Below are positions 1 to 8,743 of a DNA stretch of 64,000 nucleotides, piece after piece. This DNA is from a bacterium. GTDB taxonomy: Bacteria; UBA8248. The first letter of the stretch is position 1. Every line of letters begins with the position of its first letter. The stretch is from positions 2,304,001 to 2,368,000 of the forward strand of contig CBDBEV010000001.1 of the NCBI GenBank assembly GCA_965204535.1, written 5' to 3'. Below the pieces are notes generated by a model. It was given only the letters and a program-made list of their open reading frames with translations. It did not search any database and was not told the DNA's origin. The position numbers and the translations under genes were made by a program.

Positions 1-333
1 CTGCTCGACCTCGGGGTCGGAAGCCGTATCCTCCATGCGGCCGAACTCGAGCGGCTTTCCAACGTATTTATCCAGATCGGGCAGGTAGTCGGCCGCCTTC
101 ACCGTATCGGTCGGGAAGCGCAGCGGCGCGCCGCCGCGCACGACGCCCCTGGCTTCGGGGACGGGCGCGCCGTCTTCGGTGACGAGCATGCTGGCGACGC
201 CGTTGTACGCGCGGACGCGCGCGAGGTACCCCTCGACGACTTCTACGCACGTCGTGCGGCCGGCGCGAATCGCCGCGTGCAGATCCTCGATGGACGCTTC
301 CTCCAGGCGAAACGCCCCGCTCTTATCCTCCAT
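1..333 (-). CDS. Amidase-family protein, N-terminal part (runs off the left edge; not in ORF track)
   Basis: Manual translation from ATG at 333: MEDKSGAFRLEEASIEDLHAAIRAGRTTCVEVVEGYLARVRAYNG..., open to position 1. This matches the typical amidase N-terminus (EASI.DL...I..G..T..EVV..YL.R). Confidence 0.8.
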   Translation of the reverse strand, partial: MEDKSGAFRLEEASIEDLHAAIRAGRTTCVEVVEGYLARVRAYNGVASMLVTEDGAPVPEARGVVRGGAPLRFPTDTVKAADYLPDLDKYVGKPLEFGRMEDTASDPEVEQ

Positions 334-520
334 GACGCATCCTTTCGTGTTGTGCCGCGTTCCCGCCCCATGTCGGCGGGGGGAGCGATCTCCGGTCTCA
401 ATCGATTCGGGAATACTATGGGCGGCGCCCGGTTTTGGCAACGGCGGGCGGGGAAGATGCCGGCCGAATCCGGGCGGGGAGACGGATACCCTGCCTCCCC
501 GATTGCCCGCTCTCGCCTGG

Positions 521-1163
521 AAAGGACAGCCCCTCCTCGGGGCTGTCCTGCCCCCCCTACCCCCCCTTGTCAGGGGGGTATAAAAAGGCGATGCGTTCCC
601 GCCGGGCTGAGAGGGCTTTGCTTTTTCTTGCCCCCCTGACAAGGGGGGGTAGGGGGGGTTGGTTTTCCCGTAGGGGTCAGACATATATGTCTGACCCTGT
701 GGCGCCCTGTCCCCCGTGGCCGCCCGTATCGAAGATTTCTATTCCCGTGGTTGTCCTTCTGCAGGACAGGCACGGGGGCCTGTCCCTACGGTGAACAATT
801 CGGTGATCGGGATTCCCTCCCTCCTCGGGCTTTTTCAACAACCCTTTGTCAGGGGGGTCTTCTTTCTATTCCCCCCTGTCGGGGGGACTTTTTTCTTTTA
901 CCCCCTTTGTCGGGGCATTGCTTTTTTTACCCCCCTGACAAGGGGGGGTAGGGGGGGTTGGTTTCAAACCGGGGGCAGGGCGGACACATCGGCCCGCCCC
1001 TGCGGATTCGTTACGTTCGGTTTTGTAGGGGCCGTTCGCGAACGGCCCTTGCCGGAGAAACGGGCGCTTCACGAAGCGCCCCTACGACACCCTTCCGGAG
1101 AGATCGCAACACCCGTCATTCCGGCTACCGACCCCGTAGGGACAGGTCGCGACCTGTCCCTAC
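521..1163. repeat. Mosaic cluster A of palindromic repeats (GTAG-type REP doublets and C6/G6-tract inverted repeats)
   Basis: Hairpin GGACAGCCCC-TCCTC-GGGGCTGTCC (524-548); inverted pair CCCCCCTACCCCCCCTTGTCAGGGGGG / CCCCCCTGACAAGGGGGGGTAGGGGGG (~551-658, again ~930-958); REP GTAGGGGTCAGACATATATGTCTGACCC (670-697) with inverted partner ending CCTAC (764-789); REP doublet 1025-1085; perfect 28-bp palindrome 1136-1163. Confidence 0.9.
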
Positions 1164-1330
1164 AGGATCGGCGGACAGGCGCCGGGGCCTGCTCCCGCGC
1201 TCCCGGCCCGGATGCGCCCCGCCTCATCGCCTCCCTTCCGCGCCTCCCGGGAGTGGCGGCAGGGAAAACGTGAAAATACACGAAAAAGGCACGAAACCCC
1301 AAAAAAAGGATATAAAATTACGGTCGGCCA

Positions 1331-1350
1331 TGATATAATTGATCGATCAA
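1331..1350 (+). promoter_or_regulatory. Candidate extended -10 promoter (TGnTATAAT) with adjacent palindrome TTGATCGATCAA
   Basis: TGATATAAT at 1331-1339 in an AT-rich patch upstream of the autotransporter; 12-bp palindrome at 1339-1350. Confidence 0.45.
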
Positions 1351-1524
1351 ATAATAAATAGATGTTCCACCTGAAGGAGAGGCGGACGGCTCCATCACGG
1401 GAAGCCGAAATACCGAAAAGGAAGGAGAACCAGGAAAATGAGACATCGCTCGAGGGGAACCCGCCGGGGCTTGCAGGCGGAGGCGGCTACGGTCCGTCAT
1501 CCGTCATCCGAAGAAGAGGCCGGC

Positions 1525-4500
1525 ATGAGCCCCGGACGGCTGCCCGGGCGCCGCAAGCCGGCTTCCCGAACCCCGGCGGAGCCCGTCCCGGGTTTATCGA
1601 GGGGCTCCCTCCCGCCTGACCCGGCCTCCGCCCCCCGCGGGCGCGCCGGCAAGCTCCTTTCCCCTTCATCCGGATCGTCCGGCGGCCATGGCGCCGTTCC
1701 GGCGGGCTCGCGCCGGGCCGCGTCCCCGTGGCGCCGCCTCGCCCTCCTTCCCGTCCTCGCGCTGCTGGCGGGCGCGTTTCTTCTGCTCGACATCGCGCCC
1801 GCAGCGGCTCAGACGCCCGTCTGGTCGGCCACGCTGACCGTGCATGGCCAGCACACGTCCGGAGTTGGCTGCGACAATGAGAATAATGCTGCACGGTGCA
1901 GATCAGTACTGTCGAGCGCCAGTTTCACACACGATAGCACGCAGCGCCACATTTACTATCTGTTCCTCAATGGTGGCGGACTCAGGATCATGTTTTCATC
2001 CGGTATTGGCTTTTTCCCTGTGGATGTGGGGACCTCGCTGGACGCTTACCAGCTCTGTGTCGGCTCGAACGGGAATTCGAAGGCACTGTCGTTTTCGTCG
2101 GCGACGCATGGTGGGACTAGTAACGGCGAACGCAGTTGGTCCAACACTGGCCTTTCCTGGTCCGTCGGCGACACGGTCCCGCTCAGCATCCAGTCTTCCT
2201 GCCCCACGACCCCCACCGTCTCGCTCTCGGCCACCCCGAACCCGGTGACGGAGGGCTCGCCGGTGACGGTGACGGCGACGCTGTCGTCGGCGGCGACGAG
2301 CACCGTGACGATCCCGCTGACGGTGACGGCGGGCACCGCCGAGACCGGCGACTACATGGCGCCGACGTCCATCACCATCGCCGGCGGCTCGACCACCGGC
2401 ACGGGCACCATCACGACGGCGCAGGACGCGGACTTCAACGACGAGACCTTCACGGTGGCGCTGGGCACGTTGCCCTCGGGGTACTCGGCGGGCAGCACGA
2501 GCTCGGTAACGGTGACCATCCGCGACGACGAGGCGCCGCCGAAGCCACTGACCCTGAGGGCGAGCGGCGCGCCGCGCGAGGGCGGCGGCCCGGTCACGGT
2601 GACGGCCACGCTGGACAAGACTTTTAGTCGCGAGGTGCAGGTGGTCGTCAACCTCGGCGGCACGGCGTCCTGGTTGGATAGCAGCCACGGGACGAGGTCC
2701 GGGACGGACTACTGGACACCGGTACCGGCCGGTAGAAGATATAACGTTTACAGGACGCCGGGCGGCAGGGCAGCCTGGTTCACCGCGACGCCGAGCGCTC
2801 GGTTCACCCAGGCCGCGGCGCTGCTGACCATCCCCGCGGGCAGCAGGAGCGTCATCTTCGAAATCCACGTCCTCGACGACGCGCACGAGGATTCGGGCGA
2901 GACGATCGAGATCGAGGTCCAGGCGTACGAGAACATCCCCTTCACCGCCTCGCAAAGGCCGGAGGGCTGGACGGGGCCGTGCCCCAACGAGGCGTGCAGG
3001 GCGGCGTCCTGGATGAAGTATCTGACGGGCGCTTCCGACACGCTCACCCTGACGATCGCGAACCACGAGGACGCGGAGACGGAGGCGGCGCGGCTGGCGG
3101 CGGAGGAAGCGGCGAAGGCGGAGAAGCAGCGGCTGGCGGCGGCGCGCGCGGCGGCGGGCGGGCCGCTGAGCGGTCTTGCGCTCATGGCCGGCTCGCAGGC
3201 GGTGGCGCTGGTCCCGGCCTTCTCGCCGGGGGTGACGTACTACCGGGCGGAGGTCCCGGCGGGGACGGCGGGCGTGTCGCTGGCGCCGTCGTGGGGCGCG
3301 GAGGCCGAGCTGGGCGGTCCGCCGAGCCTGTGGGCGAGTTCGCGCGGGCCGGAGTCCCTGCTTCTGGCGCAGAAGCGGGTCCATTCCTCCGGCGGCGCGG
3401 CGGCGCTGGCGCTGGCGCCGAACGGCCCGACCAGGCTGGAACTGACGGTGATCGAGCCGGACGGTTCGGGGAAGCCATGGCAGGGGACGGCCACGACGTA
3501 TCGCGTCGAGGTGGTCGGGGCGGCGGTGCAGACGCCCGAGGAGCGGACCCCGCCGGAAGAGGAGAAGCCCCAGACCGTAACGGTGGCGTTCGGCAGCGTC
3601 CCGCCGGAGCATGACGGGCGGACGCCGTTCGCGCTGGAGGTGCAGTCGGGTTCGAAGCCCGCTCCGGAGGCGTTCAGGGTGACGGCCGGGAAGGTAACGG
3701 GCGTGGAGTCGCTGAACCCGGCGCTGTGGCGTGTCCGGGTCGCGCCGAAATCCTGGAAGGACGTGACGGTGGCGCTCGGCGGGGCGTCGGCGACGGTCCG
3801 GGGCCCGGCGCGGGTCCGGGTCGCGGACGCGCGGGCGAAGGAGGGCAGGGACGCCTCGCTCGATTTCGCGGTGACGCTGAGCCGCGCGGCGGCGCATGCG
3901 GTGTCGGTGGACTACGCGACGGCGGACGGCGCGGCGAAGGCGGGGGCGGACTACACGGCCGCGTCCGGCACGCTCGTCTTCGCGCCGGGCGAGACGGCGA
4001 AGACGGTGAGCGTGGCGATCCTCGACGACGCGGTGGACGAGGGCAAGGAGACGTTCACGCTCAGGCTCTCGAACCCGCGGGGGGCGTTCCTGCGCGCGAT
4101 GCACCGCGAGGCGAAGGGTGTGATCCGGAACTCGGACCCGATGCCGGTGGCGTGGCTCGCGCGCTTCGGGCGCACGGCGGCGGAGAACGTGGTGGAAGCG
4201 GTGGGCGCGCGCATCGAGGGGGGCGCCGGGGCGGCGAGGATGGTGCTGGGCGGGCAGGAACTGGGCCTGGACGGCTCCGCCGGTCGCGAGGCGCTCCTCG
4301 CGCGCCTGGCGGAACGCTACCGGCGCGAGGCCGGCGCCCGGCTCGAGCGCGGGGAATACGCGCCGCCCCCGGTGCGCGAGGTCTCGATGAGCGAACTCCT
4401 GCTCGCGAGCTCGTTTCATATGGCCTCGGCGGGTGACGCGGACGCCTCCCCGGGGCGCTGGTCGGTGTGGGGCCGCGGGGCGCGCTCCTCGTTCAGCGGC

Positions 4501-5541
4501 AAGGAGGGCGTCCTCACGCTCGAGGGCGACGTGACGACGGCGGCGCTGGGCGCGGACTACGAGCGCGCGCGTTGGCTGGTGGGCGTGGCGCTCGCGCGGA
4601 GTTCGGGCGACGGTTCCTACAGGGCGGACGGCGCGGGCGGTGCGGGCGGGGTGGAGAGCACCCTCACGGGCGTCTACCCCTACGCGCGCTACCGGGTGAG
4701 CGGGTCGTTCTCGCTCTGGGGCGTGGTGGGCCTGGGCTCGGGCGAGATGACGCTCACGCCCGGGGGCGCGCCGCCGGTGGACGCCGACGTCGATATGGGA
4801 ATGGCGGCGGGGGGCGCGCGCGGCGTCCTCCTGCCCGCGCGGGCGCCGGGCGGGTTCGAGCTCGCCCTTCGCGCGGACGTCCTCGTGACGGACACGCGCT
4901 CGGACGCCGCGGCGGATCTCGCGGAGACCGAAGCGGGGACGAGCCGGGTGCGGCTCGCCCTCGAGGGTTCGCGCTCGCTCCGGTTGGGCGATGCGGTGCT
5001 GACGCCCTCGGTGGAGATAGGGTTCCGGAACGATTCGGGCGACGCGGAAACAGGCGGAGGCGTCGAGGCGGGCGGCGGCCTGCGCTGGTCCTCGGGCGCC
5101 CTGACGGCGGAGGTGAGAGCGCGCGGCCTCATCGCCCACGGTGAGGGCGGTTATGAGGAATGGGGCGTGAGCGCCTCGGTGGGGTACGCGCCGGGCGCCG
5201 ACGGGCGCGGTCTCTCGCTCCGGGCGGGTTCCTCGTGGGGCGCGGCCGCGGGCGGCGCCGAGCGGCTCTGGTCGCAGGCGGCGGGCCTCTCGCCGGGCGG
5301 TGCGTTCGAGCCGGGCGCCGCGGGCTTCGACGCCGAGGCGGGCTGGGGCCTCGACGCCTGGGGCGGACTCCTGACGCCCTACACCGGCTTCACCCTCACC
5401 GGGAGCGGGGAGACGTACCGCGCGGGCGGGCGCTTCCGGCTCGCCGAATCCCTCACCATGAGCCTCGAGGGCGACCTGCGCGAGAGGGACGGGGGCGCTT
5501 CCGTCCACGGCGTGGCGCTCAAGGGCTCGATGCGGTGGTAG
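1525..5541 (+). CDS. Autotransporter/adhesin with Calx-beta and cadherin-like beta-sandwich domains and C-terminal beta-barrel
   Basis: Signal-like segment (LALLPVLALLAGAFLLLDIAPAAA-Q); Calx-beta motifs (VDYATADGAAKAGADY...LVFAPGETAKTVSVAILDDAVDEGKETF); barrel signature (AWLARFGRT...WSVWGRG...C-terminal W). Start moved to ATG 1525 (GAGG upstream); the ORF track starts at 1438. Confidence 0.88.
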   Translation: MSPGRLPGRRKPASRTPAEPVPGLSRGSLPPDPASAPRGRAGKLLSPSSGSSGGHGAVPAGSRRAASPWRRLALLPVLALLAGAFLLLDIAPAAAQTPVWSATLTVHGQHTSGVGCDNENNAARCRSVLSSASFTHDSTQRHIYYLFLNGGGLRIMFSSGIGFFPVDVGTSLDAYQLCVGSNGNSKALSFSSATHGGTSNGERSWSNTGLSWSVGDTVPLSIQSSCPTTPTVSLSATPNPVTEGSPVTVTATLSSAATSTVTIPLTVTAGTAETGDYMAPTSITIAGGSTTGTGTITTAQDADFNDETFTVALGTLPSGYSAGSTSSVTVTIRDDEAPPKPLTLRASGAPREGGGPVTVTATLDKTFSREVQVVVNLGGTASWLDSSHGTRSGTDYWTPVPAGRRYNVYRTPGGRAAWFTATPSARFTQAAALLTIPAGSRSVIFEIHVLDDAHEDSGETIEIEVQAYENIPFTASQRPEGWTGPCPNEACRAASWMKYLTGASDTLTLTIANHEDAETEAARLAAEEAAKAEKQRLAAARAAAGGPLSGLALMAGSQAVALVPAFSPGVTYYRAEVPAGTAGVSLAPSWGAEAELGGPPSLWASSRGPESLLLAQKRVHSSGGAAALALAPNGPTRLELTVIEPDGSGKPWQGTATTYRVEVVGAAVQTPEERTPPEEEKPQTVTVAFGSVPPEHDGRTPFALEVQSGSKPAPEAFRVTAGKVTGVESLNPALWRVRVAPKSWKDVTVALGGASATVRGPARVRVADARAKEGRDASLDFAVTLSRAAAHAVSVDYATADGAAKAGADYTAASGTLVFAPGETAKTVSVAILDDAVDEGKETFTLRLSNPRGAFLRAMHREAKGVIRNSDPMPVAWLARFGRTAAENVVEAVGARIEGGAGAARMVLGGQELGLDGSAGREALLARLAERYRREAGARLERGEYAPPPVREVSMSELLLASSFHMASAGDADASPGRWSVWGRGARSSFSGKEGVLTLEGDVTTAALGADYERARWLVGVALARSSGDGSYRADGAGGAGGVESTLTGVYPYARYRVSGSFSLWGVVGLGSGEMTLTPGGAPPVDADVDMGMAAGGARGVLLPARAPGGFELALRADVLVTDTRSDAAADLAETEAGTSRVRLALEGSRSLRLGDAVLTPSVEIGFRNDSGDAETGGGVEAGGGLRWSSGALTAEVRARGLIAHGEGGYEEWGVSASVGYAPGADGRGLSLRAGSSWGAAAGGAERLWSQAAGLSPGGAFEPGAAGFDAEAGWGLDAWGGLLTPYTGFTLTGSGETYRAGGRFRLAESLTMSLEGDLRERDGGASVHGVALKGSMRW

Positions 5542-5821
5542 GGGCGGACCCGGGGAGGGCATCGAATTGTTCACCGTAGGGACAGGCCCCCGTGCCTGTC
5601 CTGATGTGGGGCGGCCACAGGGTCAGACATATATGTCTGACCCCTACGGGAGCCTTGTCGTTCGGGAATCACTCCCCCCTTGTCAGGTATAAAGGACAGC
5701 CCCTCCTCGGGGCTGTCCTGCCCCCCCTACCCCCCTTGTCAGGGGGGCAAGAAAGACCCCTCCCCCGACAAAAAAGGATCAACTCCCCCCTTGAGGGTTT
5801 TGCCAATCAACGAGAGAAGGG

Positions 5822-6000
5822 ATCAACTCCCCCCTTGAGGGGGAGTCAGCAAGACGAGGGCGTTAGCCCGAAGTCGCGCTGGTGGGGGGAGCTTTTATCC
5901 GTGGCATGTCCCCCCACCGGTTCGGTTTCGGGCAAAACCCCCCTCACCTCACCGTCTGGCTTTCCCCTCGGGAAGCCAGACCCTCAAGGGGGGAGTTGAT
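5822..6000. mobile_element. MITE-like element, copy 1 (20-bp perfect terminal inverted repeats)
   Basis: ATCAACTCCCCCCTTGAGGG ... CCCTCAAGGGGGGAGTTGAT; internal hairpins; no coding capacity. Confidence 0.55.
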
Positions 6001-6203
6001 TGCATATCTCGCGCGTGAAGGGATGACCCTCAAGGGGGGAATTGCTCCTTTTTTGGGGTCTTGCTTTTTCATACCCCCCCTTGACAGCGAACAAAGGCAA
6101 CCCCCCCTACCCCCCCTTGTCAGGGGGGCAAGAAAGACCCCTCCCCCGACAAAAAAGGATCAACTCCCCCCTTGAGGGTTTTGCCAATCAACGAGAGAAG
6201 GGA

Positions 6204-6378
6204 TCAACTCCCCCCTTGAGGGGGAGTCGGCAAGACGAGGGCGAAGCCCGAAGTCGCGCCGGTGGGGGGAGCTTTTATCCGTGGCATGTCCCCCCACCGA
6301 ATCGGCCTTCGCAAAAAACGCTCGACCTCTTCGTCTGGCTTTCCCCTCGGGAAGCCAGACCCTCAAGGGGGGAGTTGA
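6204..6378. mobile_element. MITE-like element, copy 2 (19-bp terminal inverted repeats)
   Basis: TCAACTCCCCCCTTGAGGG ... CCCTCAAGGGGGGAGTTGA; interior partly diverged from copy 1. Confidence 0.55.
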
Positions 6379-6615
6379 AAAGGCCCCTGCGCACCCCTCG
6401 AACGGCGACTGTAGGGGTCAGACATATATGTCTGACCCCGTGGCCGCCCGTCGGTCGTATTCACCCAGATACAGCAAGGGCGCGAGGGCCACGGACAGGC
6501 ACGGGGGCCTGTCCCTACGGTGAACAATTCGATGATCGGGATTCCTTCCCCACCGGAGGGTTTTTCAACAGACCCCTCAAGGGGGGGGGCAGGGGGGTTG
6601 GTTTTCGAGCCGGGG

Positions 6616-7055
6616 CGCATTTGCCCGCATTTGCCGTCATCCCCAAAACCGCAGACTGCGCTATCGTGCGCGCAACGCGGGGAAGGGGTTTTTCCCCGGC
6701 GGATTGAGGCGCAGGCAGAGGAGGCTTTCTCATGGGATGGGGTGATGGAGCGGGGAAGCGTAACGGGAATGGGTTCAGGGACGGCATGAAAATAAAAATA
6801 ATGATATTTCCTAAAAAATGCGATAAATTCACGGGGTTTTCCTGTAAATTTCTGAAAATTACCGGCCATGCAAGTGGTTGTAATAAAAAGAGTTGCCATA
6901 GAAACCTGAGTGTTCCGCACTCAGATATGGCGGCAAAAAAAGTTTTTCGCCGACCCCCGCATTTGCCCGCAACGGCCCGCATTTCCTCCCGCACCGCATC
7001 ACGCCGGCAAAGCCTCATTCATCAATCGGCTTTGACCCCCGCAATTGCCCGCATT
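6616..7055 (+). repeat. Tandem decamer motifs CCCGCA(A/T)TTG around an AT-rich non-coding patch
   Basis: Doublets at ~6616-6635, ~6954-6971 and 7036-7055; the last is identical over 20 bp to 52405-52424. Confidence 0.6.
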
Positions 7056-7128
7056 CGCGCACTCGCCCGGGGCGTCCGCCCGGCACGGCGCAAGATATTG
7101 ATGATACGGGCGTTCCGGTAGCGGGCAG

Positions 7129-7515
7129 CTAGCCGGGGCGCAGGACGCTCCTGGCCTTCTCCCCTTCGGGCGTCACGGCGAGCACCTCGAGACTCGGCCG
7201 CGCGGGCGACCTCGTGAGCAGGAGCTCCACGGGCTCGTCGAGCGCCATGATCTCGTGCACCTCGCCGGGGCGGAACTGCACCAGATCGCCGGGCGCGGCT
7301 TCCAGTATCTCCCCCTCCACGGCCAACCGCAGCCCGCCCTTCAAGAGATAAAGGAACTGCTCGTCATGGTGGTAATGGGGGTTGGAGTGGCCCCCCGCCT
7401 CCATGCGGAAATAACCGATGGTGGTATGGGCGCCGTCGACCCAGGCGGCGTCTGCGGTGACGTAGTCGGCGGCTTTCCCCTGGTTCTGCGCGGCGAGATT
7501 TCTGTAGATCGGCAT
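7129..7515 (-). CDS. Cupin domain protein
   Basis: HYHHDEQ...GDLVQFRPGEVH cupin metal-binding motifs; AGGAG RBS. Confidence 0.85.
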   Translation of the reverse strand: MPIYRNLAAQNQGKAADYVTADAAWVDGAHTTIGYFRMEAGGHSNPHYHHDEQFLYLLKGGLRLAVEGEILEAAPGDLVQFRPGEVHEIMALDEPVELLLTRSPARPSLEVLAVTPEGEKARSVLRPG

Positions 7516-7666
7516 GGAATAAACTCCTGTAGTTGAGGCGTTTACGGAAGATGGAGCGTCAGACGCATTCTAACGGCACCGACTCGCAATCTGTCCAGCG
7601 CCCATGTATATTTGAGCGGCATGAGGAGCGCATCCCTCACTTCACAAAGTAATTCGGAGGCATTTC

Positions 7667-8701
7667 GTGAGCGTCCAGCCCGTGGATGAGTTCGAGTATT
7701 TCTTCGACAAGCCCTGGTCGGACGGCCTGCCGGTCATCCCCCCGACGGAAGAGCGCCTGGGCCTCATGCTGGCGGGAACGAGGCGCGACCCGGACGAAGT
7801 CCTGGGCGACGTGCCCCCGCTTCTGGCGCAGGCGGACGTTCGGACGGTCGCCGCTCATGCCGTCATGGCCGGGTGCAAGCCGGCGTATATGCCCGTCCTC
7901 ATCGGGGCCGTGGAGGCGATTCTGGAGGAAAAGTTCAACGTGGGCGGCGTGCAGGCGACGCTCTCCTGCGCGGCGCCTCTGCTGATCGTGAACGGCCCTT
8001 ACGCGGGGGAAATCGGCTTACACGGCGGGCTCGGCTGTTTCGGCCCCGGGAACCGCGCCAACGCGACGATCGGGCGCGCCATCAGGCTTTTGCTCCTGAA
8101 CATCGGCGGCGGAATACCGGGCATCACCTCGATGAGCACGTTCTCTCAGCCGGGGCGGTTCACGTACTGCATCGCCGAGAATGAAGCGGAAAGCCCCTGG
8201 GAGTCTCTCGCGCAGACGCAGGGTTTCGATGCGGGGGAGGATGTCGTCACCGCCGTGCACGTGGAAGGCCCCGTCATGTCCTGGGACGACGTGAGCGACG
8301 ACCCCGAGCGCATGCTCCCCTCCATCGCGGACACCATGTCGCATCTGGGTTCGTGGAATTGCTGGGCCAGCACGGATCTCGTGGTGGCGATGAGTCCGCA
8401 GCAGGCCGCGATTTGCGCCAAAAAGGGGTATTCAAAGGCGGATGTCCATGGGCGGCTTTGCGAAATCGCAGGCCGCACGGTGGGCGAACTCAAGACGGGG
8501 GGTCATTACCGGGAGAACCGCATCAGAGACTTCCCGTTCCCCGTCAATCTGGATGATGACGATGCGTTCGTTCCGACGATCAAAGAGGCCCGAAGACTGC
8601 TCCTGATCGTGGCGGGCGGGGTTCCGGGGCCGATTACGGCCGTGATGCACGGCTGGAACGGGAGCAGCCGTTCGGTATCGCGCGGGTTTGAATCGTCATA
8701 A
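7667..8701 (+). CDS. Uncharacterised ~340-aa WSDGLPVxPPT-family protein (UGSC-associated), paralogue 1
   Basis: Motifs PWSDGLPVIPPTEER, AHAVMAGC, GCFGPGNRANATIGRA, ENEAESPW, LLIVAGG shared with three downstream copies; GGAGG RBS. Confidence 0.85.
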   Translation: MSVQPVDEFEYFFDKPWSDGLPVIPPTEERLGLMLAGTRRDPDEVLGDVPPLLAQADVRTVAAHAVMAGCKPAYMPVLIGAVEAILEEKFNVGGVQATLSCAAPLLIVNGPYAGEIGLHGGLGCFGPGNRANATIGRAIRLLLLNIGGGIPGITSMSTFSQPGRFTYCIAENEAESPWESLAQTQGFDAGEDVVTAVHVEGPVMSWDDVSDDPERMLPSIADTMSHLGSWNCWASTDLVVAMSPQQAAICAKKGYSKADVHGRLCEIAGRTVGELKTGGHYRENRIRDFPFPVNLDDDDAFVPTIKEARRLLLIVAGGVPGPITAVMHGWNGSSRSVSRGFESS

Positions 8702-8729
8702 GACCCATATATCGTCATAAGACCCATAT
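8692..8729. repeat. 19-bp perfect tandem duplication spanning the stop codon of paralogue 1
   Basis: ATCGTCATAAGACCCATAT twice (8692-8710 and 8711-8729). Confidence 0.9.
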
Positions 8730-8743
8730 ATAGCAAGGGGTGA

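Larger units (their letters stand above)
5538..6600. repeat. Mosaic cluster B of palindromic repeats, including a ~280-bp direct duplication
   Basis: Inverted copy of the cluster A REP doublet (5563-5651) and a direct copy (6411-6545); 5721-5999 is repeated nearly identically at 6101-6378. Confidence 0.9.

Noticed and set aside
435-1338. Short ORFs reading PPTPPCQGG / PLTRGGRGG across the repeat clusters (also 5592-6920)
   Set aside because: Translations of palindromic repeats, not genes.
1996-5574. 1192-aa minus-strand ORF
   Set aside because: Antisense shadow of the GC-rich autotransporter; Arg/Ala-rich with no recognisable motifs.
521-6600. Repeat clusters as a CRISPR array
   Set aside because: Units differ in sequence, spacing and orientation; there are no regular repeat-spacer units and no cas genes.
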